Source: Dehalococcoidia bacterium (lineage in GTDB: Bacteria > Chloroflexota > Dehalococcoidia > Lucifugimonadales > UBA3495). Taken from it: a DNA stretch of 64,000 nt. Made by a program: the position numbers and the translations under genes. The notes beneath the pieces were generated by a model. It saw only the letters and a list, made by a program, of their open reading frames with translations. It ran no database searches and had not been told where the DNA came from. This document shows, piece by piece, positions 10,834 through 20,488 of the stretch. The stretch's first letter is position 1. The number at the start of each line of letters is the position of its first letter. The DNA lies in assembly GCA_965204805.1 (NCBI GenBank), contig OZ242013.1, positions 1,103,330 to 1,167,329 of the forward strand. Reading direction: 5' to 3'.

Positions 10834-11160
10834 TTACCTGCCCTTCCGTTGTCTCAGGGAGTTCACCGTGTTGGTAAGCTCCGCCACTTCATTTTCCAGC
10901 TCTTCGATGCGAGCCATCAGTTTCAGCGCGACTTCTGCGCCGGCCAGGTTGACTCCCATATCCTCGGTGAGAGACCTCAGCCTGCGAATTCGCTCAATAT
11001 CGGCCATGGAGTATAGCCTTTGCCGACCCCTGGTGCGCGAGGGCCAGATCAAGCCGGCCCGTTCGTAGTGGCGAAGGGTCTGGGCGTGCACGCCCACGAT
11101 GCGCGCCGCGACGCTAATCACGAAACAAGGTTCGTCGTGAAGATGTTCCTCTTCCATCAT
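10834..11160 (-). CDS. hspR: MerR-family heat-shock repressor HspR-like
   Basis: FVISVAARIVGVHAQTLRHYERAGL..RLYSMADIERIRRLRSLTEDMGVNLAG is a MerR HTH of the HspR type. It sits between a J-protein and a Clp chaperone. ATG at 11160 is preceded by AGGGGGG. Confidence 0.8.
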   Translation of the reverse strand: MMEEEHLHDEPCFVISVAARIVGVHAQTLRHYERAGLIWPSRTRGRQRLYSMADIERIRRLRSLTEDMGVNLAGAEVALKLMARIEELENEVAELTNTVNSLRQRKGR

Positions 11161-11240
11161 GTCTACCCCCCTGTATTCGCACAAGCCTGTTCTCAGTGTT
11201 GGTCGCGGACGCCAGTTCCTTGATTCGATGTTTGGAGACG

Positions 11241-12182
11241 CTAGACGGCTGTGGCTGCGCCGTTCATAGCGGAACGTTCTGTCCGAATTTCGCGCAGCCT
11301 GCGGAACAGCTCGATTTCCTCTTCCGAAGGGTCGGATGGGAGGCTGAGCTTTACCGTAACGTACAGGTCGCCGCGGGTTCCCTTCCCGGACAGCGGGGGC
11401 ATCCCCAGTTTTGACAGGCGAAAGCGGCGGTCGTTGGGCGTGTTGGGAGGCACGGTCAGCGCCACTTTTCCGGTCAGAGTCGGCGCCAGAATTTCCGCGC
11501 CCAATACTGCGTCGTCAAATTCAAGGTCAATCTCGGTGTAGAGGTTTCGTCCTTCCCGCTTGAACTTGGGGTGCTCCAACACCGACACCTTCAGGTAGAA
11601 GTCGTCCCCGTCATCGCCACCGGAGGCTATATGAACCCGGGAACCCTGATCTACTCCAGGGGGTATTTTCACCTCCAGCGTGCGCCCGTCCTTAAGCCGT
11701 AAAGTACGCGTTGCGCCGTGGAATGCCTCTTCTAACGTTAGTTCCACAGGATGGTCGGGCGTTGGACGGCGCCGGGGCTGACTGCGGGCTCCGGCAAACA
11801 GGTCCTCGAAGGGGGAGTGGCCACTGCTGCCGAAGTCCCGAGCGCGCGTTCCACCGCGTCCGCCGAAGTTGGCGAAAAGGTCCTCGAAGTCCACGCTGTC
11901 GGATGTCCAGCGGAAACCTCCTCCGGCCGGGCCACGCTTTGCATTTCGGGGCTGTTCCTCGGCATGACGCCAGTTTTCCCCGTAGCGGTCATACTTTTTT
12001 CTGGAGTCATCGTCCGATAGGACCCCGTAGGCCTCGTTGATTTCCTTGAACTTTTCTTCGGCAGCGGCGTCGTTCTTGTTTACGTCAGGATGGTACTGCC
12101 GGGCCAACCGCCGGTAGGCCTGGCGAATCTCCTTCTCCGTGGCGTCCTTGGCAACGCCCAGCACATCGTAGTAATTGCTCAT
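11241..12182 (-). CDS. J-domain co-chaperone, CbpA/DnaJ class II-like (no zinc-finger CxxCxGxG repeats)
   Basis: The internal start gives MSNYYDVLGV..YHPDVNK (J domain, HPD), a G/F-rich linker and two C-terminal beta domains. RBS GGGGGAGAGG lies upstream of the ATG at 12182. Confidence 0.85.
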   Translation of the reverse strand: MSNYYDVLGVAKDATEKEIRQAYRRLARQYHPDVNKNDAAAEEKFKEINEAYGVLSDDDSRKKYDRYGENWRHAEEQPRNAKRGPAGGGFRWTSDSVDFEDLFANFGGRGGTRARDFGSSGHSPFEDLFAGARSQPRRRPTPDHPVELTLEEAFHGATRTLRLKDGRTLEVKIPPGVDQGSRVHIASGGDDGDDFYLKVSVLEHPKFKREGRNLYTEIDLEFDDAVLGAEILAPTLTGKVALTVPPNTPNDRRFRLSKLGMPPLSGKGTRGDLYVTVKLSLPSDPSEEEIELFRRLREIRTERSAMNGAATAV

Positions 12183-12261
12183 CGCATCGCCTCTCCCCCT
12201 ACCAAGTGTGCCTCCGGTCTGATTCATGCCTGTATGAACTTGAGCTGAATATATGTTAATA

Positions 12262-12282
12262 CTTGACAGACTAACAGTCAAG
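12262..12282. promoter_or_regulatory. HAIR-like inverted repeat (candidate HspR operator) upstream of the dnaJ-like/hspR/clpC operon
   Basis: CTTGACA-N7-AGTCAAG compared with the HAIR consensus CTTGAGT-N7-ACTCAAG. It lies ~80-100 nt upstream of the ATG at 12182 and overlaps a TTGAC -35-like hexamer on the minus strand. A further half-site, CTTGAGC, is at 12237-12243. Confidence 0.55.
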
Positions 12283-12652
12283 TATCATTCGCACCTTTTG
12301 GGGGACTTGCCTGCAGACAGGTTTTCCGGGTTGGGCAATCGGGTCAAAGATGGTGGGCTTGGCTGGGAATGGGGAGTGATGAGAGGTGGGAAGGTGGCAT
12401 CCATGATGGGGGGTTTTGGGGCTTCGGAGGGCCCGAGGATCGCCCGTTGCAAGGGGCATCGGGTGCTGGATCTTATCAATCCCGGTCTCGGGCAGTCGCA
12501 TTCCTGCCGAGCAGCGATGTTGCTTAACACCATAGCAACAGTTTCGTAATGCGTTTGTAACGAATATGGAACACGCAAGCAACTATTTCGTAATTGCTGT
12601 GAAACACTCTTCCATTAACTTTTTCTGCAAACCTGATATGGGGCGCAGCCGA

Positions 12653-13012
12653 ATGAAGGAAGTTATTGCTGTGATCCGGCCCGAAAAATGGCAGGAAACC
12701 ATCGAAGCGGCCCGGGCGATGGGTCTCACCGAGTGTTCTCACTTTCGCGTCATGGGGCGGGGCAAGCAACGCGGGCTCCGGTATATGCGTCCCGTGAACG
12801 GCAGCGACGACGGAGTGATGCAGTTCCTCCCTAAGCGGCTGTTGACCTGGCTGGTTCCCGACGAAATGGCGAGTGGACTGGTTCGGGCAGTGGTAGCGAT
12901 AAACAAAACGGATAACTTTGGCGACGGCAAGGTGTTTGTCTGCCCTGTGAAAGAGTTCATTGCCTCTCAGGGTGAATCAAAAATCATTGAATCGGTAGCA
13001 CCGGAGGTGTAA
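12653..13012 (+). CDS. PII-family signal-transduction protein (divergent)
   Basis: Internal ATG gives MKEVIAVIRPEKW..VMGRGKQRG (T-loop region)..FGDGKVFVCPV. This is the PII fold pattern. Confidence 0.7.
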   Translation: MKEVIAVIRPEKWQETIEAARAMGLTECSHFRVMGRGKQRGLRYMRPVNGSDDGVMQFLPKRLLTWLVPDEMASGLVRAVVAINKTDNFGDGKVFVCPVKEFIASQGESKIIESVAPEV

Positions 13013-13016
13013 GGAC

Positions 13017-13667
13017 ATGGTCTTTCGTCCCGACGTCAAATATCCCAAGTTCAAGGACCAGTTCGCGGCCATGGACTTCGAGGCCGAGCCGCTGCCGGTG
13101 TTGTCCCTCTACCCGATGCCGGATCCCAGGACTCTGGAAGACTGGAATCTGCCGGTAACTGAGGTTTCCGGCAGAACTTCCGTAGCAACATGGGAAGAAC
13201 TGAAGAAGCTTCCCAAGGTGCAGGAGCCAACGCCGCTGGTCTGCCAGATTTTCAACTGGTCCGAGACCCCGGCGGTCACAGGCGTCCGGCTGCCGGTCCT
13301 TCTGGAGGCTATGGGAGTGGACCTGTCGGGTGCGCGGTTCCTCTCATTCTATTCCGAGGACGGTATGTACTTCGAGACGCTGCCCAAGGCGCTGGCCCGA
13401 GACCCGCGGGTGCTGCTGGTCTACGAAATTGAGGGCGAGCGCCTGCCCCACCCACTGGGTGGCCCGGTGCGGCTCTGGGTTCCCTTCCTCCAAGGCTACA
13501 AGAGTGTGAAGTGGCTGAACCATGTCCGCGGCTTCGTGCGAGATCCTCACGGCATCAAACGGCTCCTGGGCCAGAGCAAGACCTCGGTCCTTGGCGCTCC
13601 CGGGCAGGAAAAGGCCCGTATCGTCGTTGCCAGGATGGGCAGTGGCGATTCCTCCGTGGAAGTCTAG
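13017..13667 (+). CDS. small sulfite-oxidase-family molybdopterin-binding oxidoreductase domain protein (YuiH-like)
   Basis: 216 aa. LVCQIFNWSETPAVTGVRLPVLLEAMGV (candidate Moco-ligand Cys context) and PHPLGGPVRLWVPFLQGYKSVKWL are typical of the SO/YedY Moco domain. No dimerisation domain is present. Confidence 0.65.
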   Translation: MVFRPDVKYPKFKDQFAAMDFEAEPLPVLSLYPMPDPRTLEDWNLPVTEVSGRTSVATWEELKKLPKVQEPTPLVCQIFNWSETPAVTGVRLPVLLEAMGVDLSGARFLSFYSEDGMYFETLPKALARDPRVLLVYEIEGERLPHPLGGPVRLWVPFLQGYKSVKWLNHVRGFVRDPHGIKRLLGQSKTSVLGAPGQEKARIVVARMGSGDSSVEV

Positions 13668-13734
13668 GCGGATGACGGATCCATGCGCCTATTCGGAAGC
13701 CAGGCCCGCTGGTGATTTCTGATCGAGGGCAGCC

Positions 13735-15120
13735 ATGACCATCGAAGTGGACCCGCAAACCCACAAGGCAACGAGAATACCGCTGTTCAACTTCGGACGG
13801 CCGCACATGCGGGTGTTCCACATGAGCTGGATGGCCTTCTTCCTGGCTTTCTTTGGCTGGTTCGGCATCGCCCCTATGATGGTCATTGTCCGCGACGACC
13901 TGCAGCTGAGCAAAGCCGAAATCGGCAACACCGTCATAGCCTCGGTGGCCGTGACCATCGTCGCCCGGCTGGTGGTGGGCTGGCTGTGCGACCGGATCGG
14001 GCCCCGCATCACCTACTCGGGGCTGCTGATCATCGGCTCCATCCCCGTTATGACCATCGGGCTGGCCAACAGCTACGAGTCCTTTCTCCTGTTCCGGCTG
14101 GCCATCGGCATCATCGGCGCGTCCTTCGTCATCACGCAATACCACACCTCGGTTATGTTTGCGCCCAACGTGGTGGGTACGGCCAACGCCACCACCGCCG
14201 GATGGGGCAACATGGGCGGGGGCGTCACGCAGATGGCCATGCCGCTGGTGCTGGGCGTCATCGTCGCCCTCGGCGCTACCGACGTAATTGGCTGGCGCAT
14301 AGCCATGGTAATACCGGGCGTGGCCCTGTTCCTGATGGGGATTGCCTACTTCAGGTTTACCCAGGACTCCCCCGTCCCCAACCATGCGAGAGATGAACGG
14401 GCGAAAGACCCGCCAGGAGTCAGGACCCGTGCCTTCATCGAGGCTGCCAGGGACCATCGCGTCTGGGCTCTCTTCCTGATCTACGGAGCCTGCTTCGGAG
14501 TCGAGCTCACGATGAACAATATCGCGGCCCTCTACTACCACGACCGCTTTGGCCTTGGCGTGGGGATGGCTGGGTTGATCGCGGGCTTGTTCGGCGTGAT
14601 GAATCTCTTCGCCCGCTCCCTGGGTGGATTCCTCGGAGACAAGGTGGGAATTCGCTTCGGCCTCCGGGGCCGGACCCTGTTCCTGGGAGCAGTGCTGCTG
14701 ATCGAGGGCATCGCATTGGCGGTCTTCTCGCGAATGGATATCCTGCCGCTGGCGATTGGAGCAATGCTGGTCTTCAGCCTGTTCGTCCAGATGTCCGAGG
14801 GCGCGACGTTCTCGGTAGTGCCTTTCGTCAACCAGCGGGCACTTGGGGCAGTGGCAGGCATAGTGGGAGCGGGCGGCAACGCCGGGGCGGTGGCCGCCGG
14901 GTTCCTGTTCCGCATGGAGTCGTTGAGCACCGAGATGGCCCTGCTCTACCTCGGCGCTATCGTCACAGTCTCCTCGGCGCTGGTGCTGGCGGTGCGGTTC
15001 TCGCCCGAGCGGGAAACCGAGGAGCGGCGAGTGATGCAGCGCGCCCTGGGGCGGGGTCAGCTGGCGGTGGCACCCGCCTACGCCAAGCGGGTGCCAATGG
15101 CCCTGTACAGCGAGGCGTAG
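13735..15120 (+). CDS. narK: MFS nitrate/nitrite transporter
   Basis: 461 aa, ~12 TM. NNP-family-like motifs (WGNMGGGVTQ, GAGGNAGAV). Confidence 0.85.
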   Translation: MTIEVDPQTHKATRIPLFNFGRPHMRVFHMSWMAFFLAFFGWFGIAPMMVIVRDDLQLSKAEIGNTVIASVAVTIVARLVVGWLCDRIGPRITYSGLLIIGSIPVMTIGLANSYESFLLFRLAIGIIGASFVITQYHTSVMFAPNVVGTANATTAGWGNMGGGVTQMAMPLVLGVIVALGATDVIGWRIAMVIPGVALFLMGIAYFRFTQDSPVPNHARDERAKDPPGVRTRAFIEAARDHRVWALFLIYGACFGVELTMNNIAALYYHDRFGLGVGMAGLIAGLFGVMNLFARSLGGFLGDKVGIRFGLRGRTLFLGAVLLIEGIALAVFSRMDILPLAIGAMLVFSLFVQMSEGATFSVVPFVNQRALGAVAGIVGAGGNAGAVAAGFLFRMESLSTEMALLYLGAIVTVSSALVLAVRFSPERETEERRVMQRALGRGQLAVAPAYAKRVPMALYSEA

Positions 15121-15164
15121 GAAGCGAACCTCCCAGCAGTATTCGGATTCAAGGCAGGGCGAAA

Positions 15165-16727
15165 GTGACCTCAGCAGCGAAAACGGGCAACCCCATCGAA
15201 CGGATCAAGAGCGAGAAGCCTGGACTGGACATACTGGACGAGATCTACGAGCTTGCTGCCCAGCACGGCGGCTGGGAGACCCTCGAAGCGGGGGACCGGG
15301 AGCGGCTGAAGTGGATCGGAACCTTCTTCCGAAAGCCCACGCCGGGGCGCTTCATGATGCGCCTACGCATCACCAACGGGCGCCTGACCGCAAGGCAGCT
15401 GGCAACCTTGGCCGAGTTGTCCCGCCGGCTGGGGAGTGGTGTGATGGACCTCACCACCCGGCAGCAAATCGAGCTGCGCGACATAAAGATCAGGGATGTT
15501 CCAGAGATTCTCGAGGTATTGCGGGACATTGACCTGTCGTCGCTGCAAACGGGAATGGACAACATAAGGGGCGCCAACACCTGCGCCCTGTCGGGCCTGG
15601 CTCCCAACGAGCTGTTCGACGCTGCTCCGGTCGGCGAAGAGTTCACTCGAATGTTTCTAGGCAAACGCGAATACGCCAATCTGCCCCGCAAACTGAATGT
15701 GGCCTTTACCGGATGCCGCGACAATTGCATTCACGCTGAGACCCAGGACATCTCCATGACTCCGGCGCGGGGCCCGAATGGCGTTGCCGGCTTCAACACA
15801 GCCGTCGGTGGCAAGATGGGCTCCGGCGGCATGACCATCGCCCGGCCGCTGGACGTGTTCGTGAACCCAGTAGAGGCGGCGCGACTGGCTGCGACCATAA
15901 CACTAATGTTCCGGGACGAGGGGTCCAGGGAAAAGCGAACCAGGGCCCGTCTCGCTTTCCTGCTCGACGATTGGGGTGTGGCTAAGTTCCGAGACCGCCT
16001 CGAAGAGCGCTGGGGGCAGCCGTTGCATCTCGCAGGACAGGACGCCCGTTATGAGAACCATGCCGATCATCTGGGCGTTAACCCTCAGATACAGGCCGGG
16101 TTGTACTCCGTTGGGCTGTGCGTCCCCACTGGAAGGACCTGTGCCGATGACATGACCGAACTGGCACGGCTGGCCCTTATCTACGGTTCCGGGGCAATCC
16201 GGCTGACCGTTGACCAGAATGTCATAATCGCCGGCGTGCCCGAGGCCAGACTGCCGGAACTGCTGGAGGAACCCCTGCTGTCGCGCCTGTCGCCCCACCC
16301 GGCTCCACTTATGCGTGGACTGGTGAGCTGCACAGGCAACGACTACTGCAACCTTGCCCTGATCGAGACTAAATCCGTCAGCCGCCGGGTCGTGCAGGCC
16401 CTGGACGCCCTGTATCCTGAGGCCGCGCCCCTTCGGATGTACTGGTCAGGCTGTCCGGCGGGATGCGGCAACCACCATGCCGCCGACATTGGTTTCCAAG
16501 GTGGCAAGGCCAGATTCGAGGGCGAGGTGGTGGATGCCGTTACGATATTTGCTGGTGGCAGCACCGGACCCGATGCCCGCCCGGCGAGGAAGGTGGCGGA
16601 TCAGGTGCCGGTGTCGACCCTTGGGGCCGTCCTGCCCACCCTCATCGAAAAGTTGACGGCAGATGGTTCCAATCCCAGCGAAGATTTGTCGCTAGCAGGT
16701 TTTCCGGGGACCGACTTCGAATCTTAA
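15165..16727 (+). CDS. nirA: ferredoxin-type nitrite/sulfite reductase (sirohaem-[4Fe-4S])
   Basis: 520 aa. Duplicated NiR/SiR half-domains. Cys cluster CTGNDYC..SGCPAGCG. Confidence 0.85.
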   Translation: MTSAAKTGNPIERIKSEKPGLDILDEIYELAAQHGGWETLEAGDRERLKWIGTFFRKPTPGRFMMRLRITNGRLTARQLATLAELSRRLGSGVMDLTTRQQIELRDIKIRDVPEILEVLRDIDLSSLQTGMDNIRGANTCALSGLAPNELFDAAPVGEEFTRMFLGKREYANLPRKLNVAFTGCRDNCIHAETQDISMTPARGPNGVAGFNTAVGGKMGSGGMTIARPLDVFVNPVEAARLAATITLMFRDEGSREKRTRARLAFLLDDWGVAKFRDRLEERWGQPLHLAGQDARYENHADHLGVNPQIQAGLYSVGLCVPTGRTCADDMTELARLALIYGSGAIRLTVDQNVIIAGVPEARLPELLEEPLLSRLSPHPAPLMRGLVSCTGNDYCNLALIETKSVSRRVVQALDALYPEAAPLRMYWSGCPAGCGNHHAADIGFQGGKARFEGEVVDAVTIFAGGSTGPDARPARKVADQVPVSTLGAVLPTLIEKLTADGSNPSEDLSLAGFPGTDFES

Positions 16728-16750
16728 ACAGTAGCACGGGAGGCGCTGTT

Positions 16751-17068
16751 ATGAAGATGGTGAGAGCGATTATCCGCCCCGAGAAGGAGGTCGTCGTGGC
16801 GGCGGCCTTGGCCAATGACGGTTTCCCGGCCATGACCAAGTGGGATGTGCTGGGCAGGGGCAAGCAACAGGGTGTACAAGTCGGGGACCACTTCTATGAC
16901 GAGCTGGCCAAGTGCATGTTCATGGTGGTAGTCGAGGACGACCAGGTCGGGGCGGTCACTGACTGCATCCAGGCGGCGGCCTCCACCGGCTTTCCCGGCG
17001 ACGGGCGGGTGTTCGTGACCGATGTGGAGTCAGCATATACCCTGCGAACCGGCGAGTCGGGACTGTAA
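16751..17068 (+). CDS. PII-family signal-transduction protein
   Basis: ATG at 16751 gives MKMVRAIIRPEKE..VLGRGKQQG..FPGDGRVFVTDVESAYTLRTGE, 105 aa. Confidence 0.75.
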   Translation: MKMVRAIIRPEKEVVVAAALANDGFPAMTKWDVLGRGKQQGVQVGDHFYDELAKCMFMVVVEDDQVGAVTDCIQAAASTGFPGDGRVFVTDVESAYTLRTGESGL

Positions 17069-17372
17069 TCCCATCGCGCGGCCTCGCTGGGTCCACGCCG
17101 ATGCGTTGTTCACGGTCTCTGGAGGTCGGCGTACACGGAACAAGTACAGGCGTTTCGAAGAGCGAGGCGACCATCGCCAACCTGGCATGACCGTGGAATC
17201 AGGACGGGGCCGTGAAAGAGAACGGACGGTTCTCTGGTAGTACCGGGTGGCCAACATGCTTTTGTGTTACAGTTTGTTGAAGCCCGCTCTATCGGACTCT
17301 CGCCCGGTAAAATTCCCTGCCGTATTCCCGCTGCTTCTCTTCACAACGATTACAAAGCAACTGTCTTTGATG

Positions 17373-17466
17373 TCAATGGCTGGTTGCGTTGGGGTTCCAG
17401 CGGTGGCCGCTTTTCACCATGCTGTTGAGGATGGTCAGCAGTTTGCGCATGCAGGCGGTGAGAGCT
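17373..17466 (-). pseudogene. C-terminal stump (31 codons) of an IS110-family transposase, cut by the IS630 insertion
   Basis: Reverse translation gives ALTACMRKLLTILNSMVKSGHRWNPNATSH*, the characteristic IS110-family C-terminal tail. It ends exactly at the IS630 TA junction. Confidence 0.6.
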
Positions 17467-17480
17467 AGTATTGCGTCAAA

Positions 17481-18610
17481 TCAAGAATGGCACGGGTAGA
17501 GGCGATGGAGTTTGCGTCTGGCGTCTTGGGCTGTGAACTGCCAGTTAATGGCGGCTCCTATCGCGTTCCGCTCCCACACGCAGGCACTGACGGCTCTTTC
17601 CAGGCTGTCCTCATCTCCGTTGCGCCCCCGCAAGCAGGCCCTGGCCAGCACGCTGAACTCGATTTCCGCCATATTCAGCCAGCTCCCATGCTTGGGGGTG
17701 TAGTGGAACTCCAGCCGCTTGGCGATCCGCCGCGCCTCCGGGGCGGGAAAGGTCTCATACAGCGATGCCACCCGGTGGGTGTTCAAATTGTCCAAGACCA
17801 GGCGGATCACCGGGACATCCGGGTAGGCCGCGTCCACCAGCCAGCGCATCTGATGGGCGAAGTCCTGCATGGTACGCCGCTGGGTTATCGCAACCTCCCG
17901 CCAGCCGGCCTTGGGCTCGCAGGTCAGGAACAGGTTACGGGTGCCACCCCTCACGTATTCGTAGTCCTCCCGCTTGGGCTGTCCGGGCCTTGCTGGCAAC
18001 GGCGTCCTGGTTTCCGCCAAGAGCTGGGTGGAGGTCTCGTCGAAGCACACCACCGGCCTCTGAGGGTCGTATGGTTCGGCGTACAAGTCCAGCACATCCT
18101 CCATAGCGGCCACGAACTCTCCGCCTACCTTGGGAATGCACCACTGCTGCTTCCGCCACGGCTTGAGGGTGTTTTTTTCAAGTGCAACCGCACCGTCTCG
18201 TGGGACAACGATTCCACCAGTCCCAACTCCACCGCCTTGCCGGCCAAGGCGCGCAGAGTCCAATGCTCGTGACCCTCGGGCGCCGGGCTGCAGGCCAAGG
18301 CAATCAGGTGGGCTTCCACACGGTCGTCCACCTTCCGGTATGGATTGGGCGAGTTGTGGTGCCGCAACACCTCCTCCAGTCCCTCCTCCACGTAGCGGCG
18401 CTTGACCCGGCGCACCGTGCGTTCCGACACATCCAGAGCCGTGGACACTTGGGGAGCGGTCCAACCCTCGTCGGTCTTTAGCAGAATGCGGGCCCGCGTG
18501 ATGGCCTGGGTCGAGTGCCTGCCGGCCCGGATCATCTTCTTGAGCAGTCCCTTCTCCGGCGCAGTCAGGTGGACCGCGTAAACCTCTTGCACCATGGATG
18601 ACCCTCCCAC
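17481..18610 (-). CDS. IS630-family transposase made from two frames (HTH orfA 18125-18610 plus DDE frame 17481-~18180) via a -1 slip
   Basis: orfA ends ..RLHLKKTPSS. The -1 frame reads ..LEKNTLKPWRKQQWCIPK.. and continues through a DDE domain to 17481. The two frames overlap on an A7 run. Confidence 0.8.
18172..18178 (-). promoter_or_regulatory. A7 slippery heptamer (candidate programmed -1 frameshift site) of the IS630 transposase
   Basis: TTG AAA AAA ACA in orfA frame reads G AAA AAA C in the DDE frame. The same T7/A7 run is conserved in the decayed copy at 18978-18984. Confidence 0.6.
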
Positions 18611-18688
18611 AACACAACTTCAGTCCAAAAGGTAGCACCCACGCTCAGATTATGTGATGCGTGACAATACGCGTTTGACCCAATACTA

Positions 18689-19509
18689 GCGCCCCTGAGC
18701 CTGTCGAAGGGCGGCCTTGGGCCCGCAGGTCAGGAACAGGTTGCGGGTACCGGCCCGCACATATTCATAGTCCTCGCGCCTGGGCCGTCCAGGCTTTGTC
18801 GGTAGTGGCGCCCTGCTTTCGGCCAGCAGTTGCGTGGAGGTCTCGTCGAAGCAGGCCAACGGCCTCAATGGATCGCAGGGTTCGGCGTAGAGGTCCAGCA
18901 CGTCCTCCATGGCCGCCACGAACTCCCCGCCTACCTTGGGGATACACCACTGCTGCTTCCGCCACGGCTTGAGGGTGTTTTTTTCAGGTGCAGCCGCACC
19001 GTCTCGTGGAACAAGGATTCACCAGCCCCAACTCCACCACCCTGCCTGCCAACGCCCGCAGCGTCCAGTGATCGCGACCCTCTGGCGCCGGGCTGCAGGC
19101 CAAGGCTATCAGGTGGGCTTCCACCCGCTCGTCCACCTTCCGGTACGGGTTGGGCGAGTTGTGGTGCCGCAGCGCCTCCTCCAGTCCCTCCTCCACGTAC
19201 CGGCGCTTGGCGCGGCGCACTGTGCGCTCCGACACGTCAAGGGCAGCGGCTACCTGAGGAGCTCCTGAGGTTACCGAAGGGCCAACCCTCGTCGGTCTTG
19301 AGCAGTATGCGCGCCCGCGTGATGGCCTGGGCCGAGTTCCTGCCGGGCCGGATCATCCTCTTGAGCCGTCCCTTCTCCTGCACACTCAGATGGACTGCAT
19401 AAACCTCCTGCACCATGGATGTCCCTCCCACAACACAACTTCAGACCAAAAGGTAGCATCCAGGGCCAGACTGTGTCCTATGTGACAATGCGGCTTTGAC
19501 CCAGTGCTA
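18689..19509 (-). pseudogene. second IS630 copy, truncated within the DDE domain and frameshifted
   Basis: ORFs 18686-18919, 18984-19235 and 19237-19431 are homologous to pieces of the intact copy. The right TIR TAGCACTGGGTCAAAG (reverse complement) ends at 19509. The left part is missing and the stump abuts the intact copy. Confidence 0.8.
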
Positions 19510-19584
19510 GCGGTCTGTCCAGGGAACGCGGTTAATGGGTTGGAGAGGGTATGATGGTTGCATTGCGGTTGCTGGGTGCCGGCG

Positions 19585-20488
19585 ATGAGCAAGACCTGTT
19601 TGACGTACGATCCTGAGCAGCAGTTGCTGCTGCCCTCAGCTCTGCGGGAGTGGCTGTCCGGGAACCACCCGGCCTGCTTCATATCCGGCGTGTCCGACCT
19701 GGTGGATCAGCCGGAGCTCCCGGAGATCACCGCCCGCTGCGAGGGCGCAAGGCCTGGCGGCCCGCCCTGCAACCCGCCCATGATGGTGCAGGCGCTGCTC
19801 TACGGCTATTGCATCGGGCGCCGTCATCGCGTCGCCTGGCCGCCAGGCTGCATCAGGACATTGCCTTTCGGGTGCTGGCGGCGAACAACACGCCCGGTTT
19901 CCGCACCGTCTCGGACTTTCGCAAGGAACATCTGGCGGCACTGTTCCTGTGAAAGAGAAGGAAGAGCAGTTACAGGTTGCGGTGTCCGAGTTGCTGCGGC
20001 GGGCCCAGGGAGTGGATGAGGAAGAAGACCGCCGGTAAGGCAAGAACCAGCGCGGTGATGAGTTGCCGGGGGAGTTGTCCTTCCGGGAAGGCCGGTTGGA
20101 GAAGATCCGGGAGGCAATGGCGGCGCTGCAGGCCCAGGCCCAGGCCGCTGCCGGCAATGAGCGTTCCGGCGTACCCGTCCGGAGTCCCGCATCATGCCCG
20201 CCACCGGCGCCCAGGGGACTGATACCCGGCCACCTCTCCGCCAAGGAGCGGATGCGCCGCAAGTTGCAGACCAAGGGAGGCGGCAAGCGTTATGCCCTGC
20301 GGATGGAGACGGTGGCGCCGGTATCCGGCCAGAGCCAGCAGGCTCGGGGCTTGCGCCGGTTCCTGCTACCAGGATTGCAGCAGGTTCAGGGCGAGTGGCC
20401 GCTGATCTGCACCGGCCACAATCTGCTCAAGTTGTTCCGCCGCCCTATGCCGGTCAGTCCGCCGCCGTCAATCCCGCAATCCGCGTAA
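19585..20488 (+). pseudogene. IS1182/IS5-like transposase remnant lacking the central DDE region and frameshifted
   Basis: The N-terminal part is MSKTCLTYDPEQQLLLPSALREWL..MMVQALLYGYC, with ..AFRVLAANNTPGFRTVSDFRKEHLAAL in a second frame. The C-terminal part is ..RMRRKLQTKGGGKRYALRMETVAPVSGQSQQARGLRRFLL..NLLKLF. The middle is absent. Confidence 0.7.

Larger units (their letters stand above)
17467..18688 (-). mobile_element. IS630-family insertion sequence, apparently intact
   Basis: Terminal inverted repeats TAGTATTGCGTCAAA (17467->) and TAGTATTGGGTCAAA (reverse complement at 18688<-). TA is present at both ends. Length 1.22 kb. Confidence 0.85.

Noticed and set aside
17481-18638. 385-aa ORF taken at face value as one protein
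   Set aside because: Its first ~150 residues are the out-of-frame reading of the IS630 HTH region (R/G/P-rich). The real product is orfA (18125-18610) joined to the DDE frame by a -1 slip at the A7 run.
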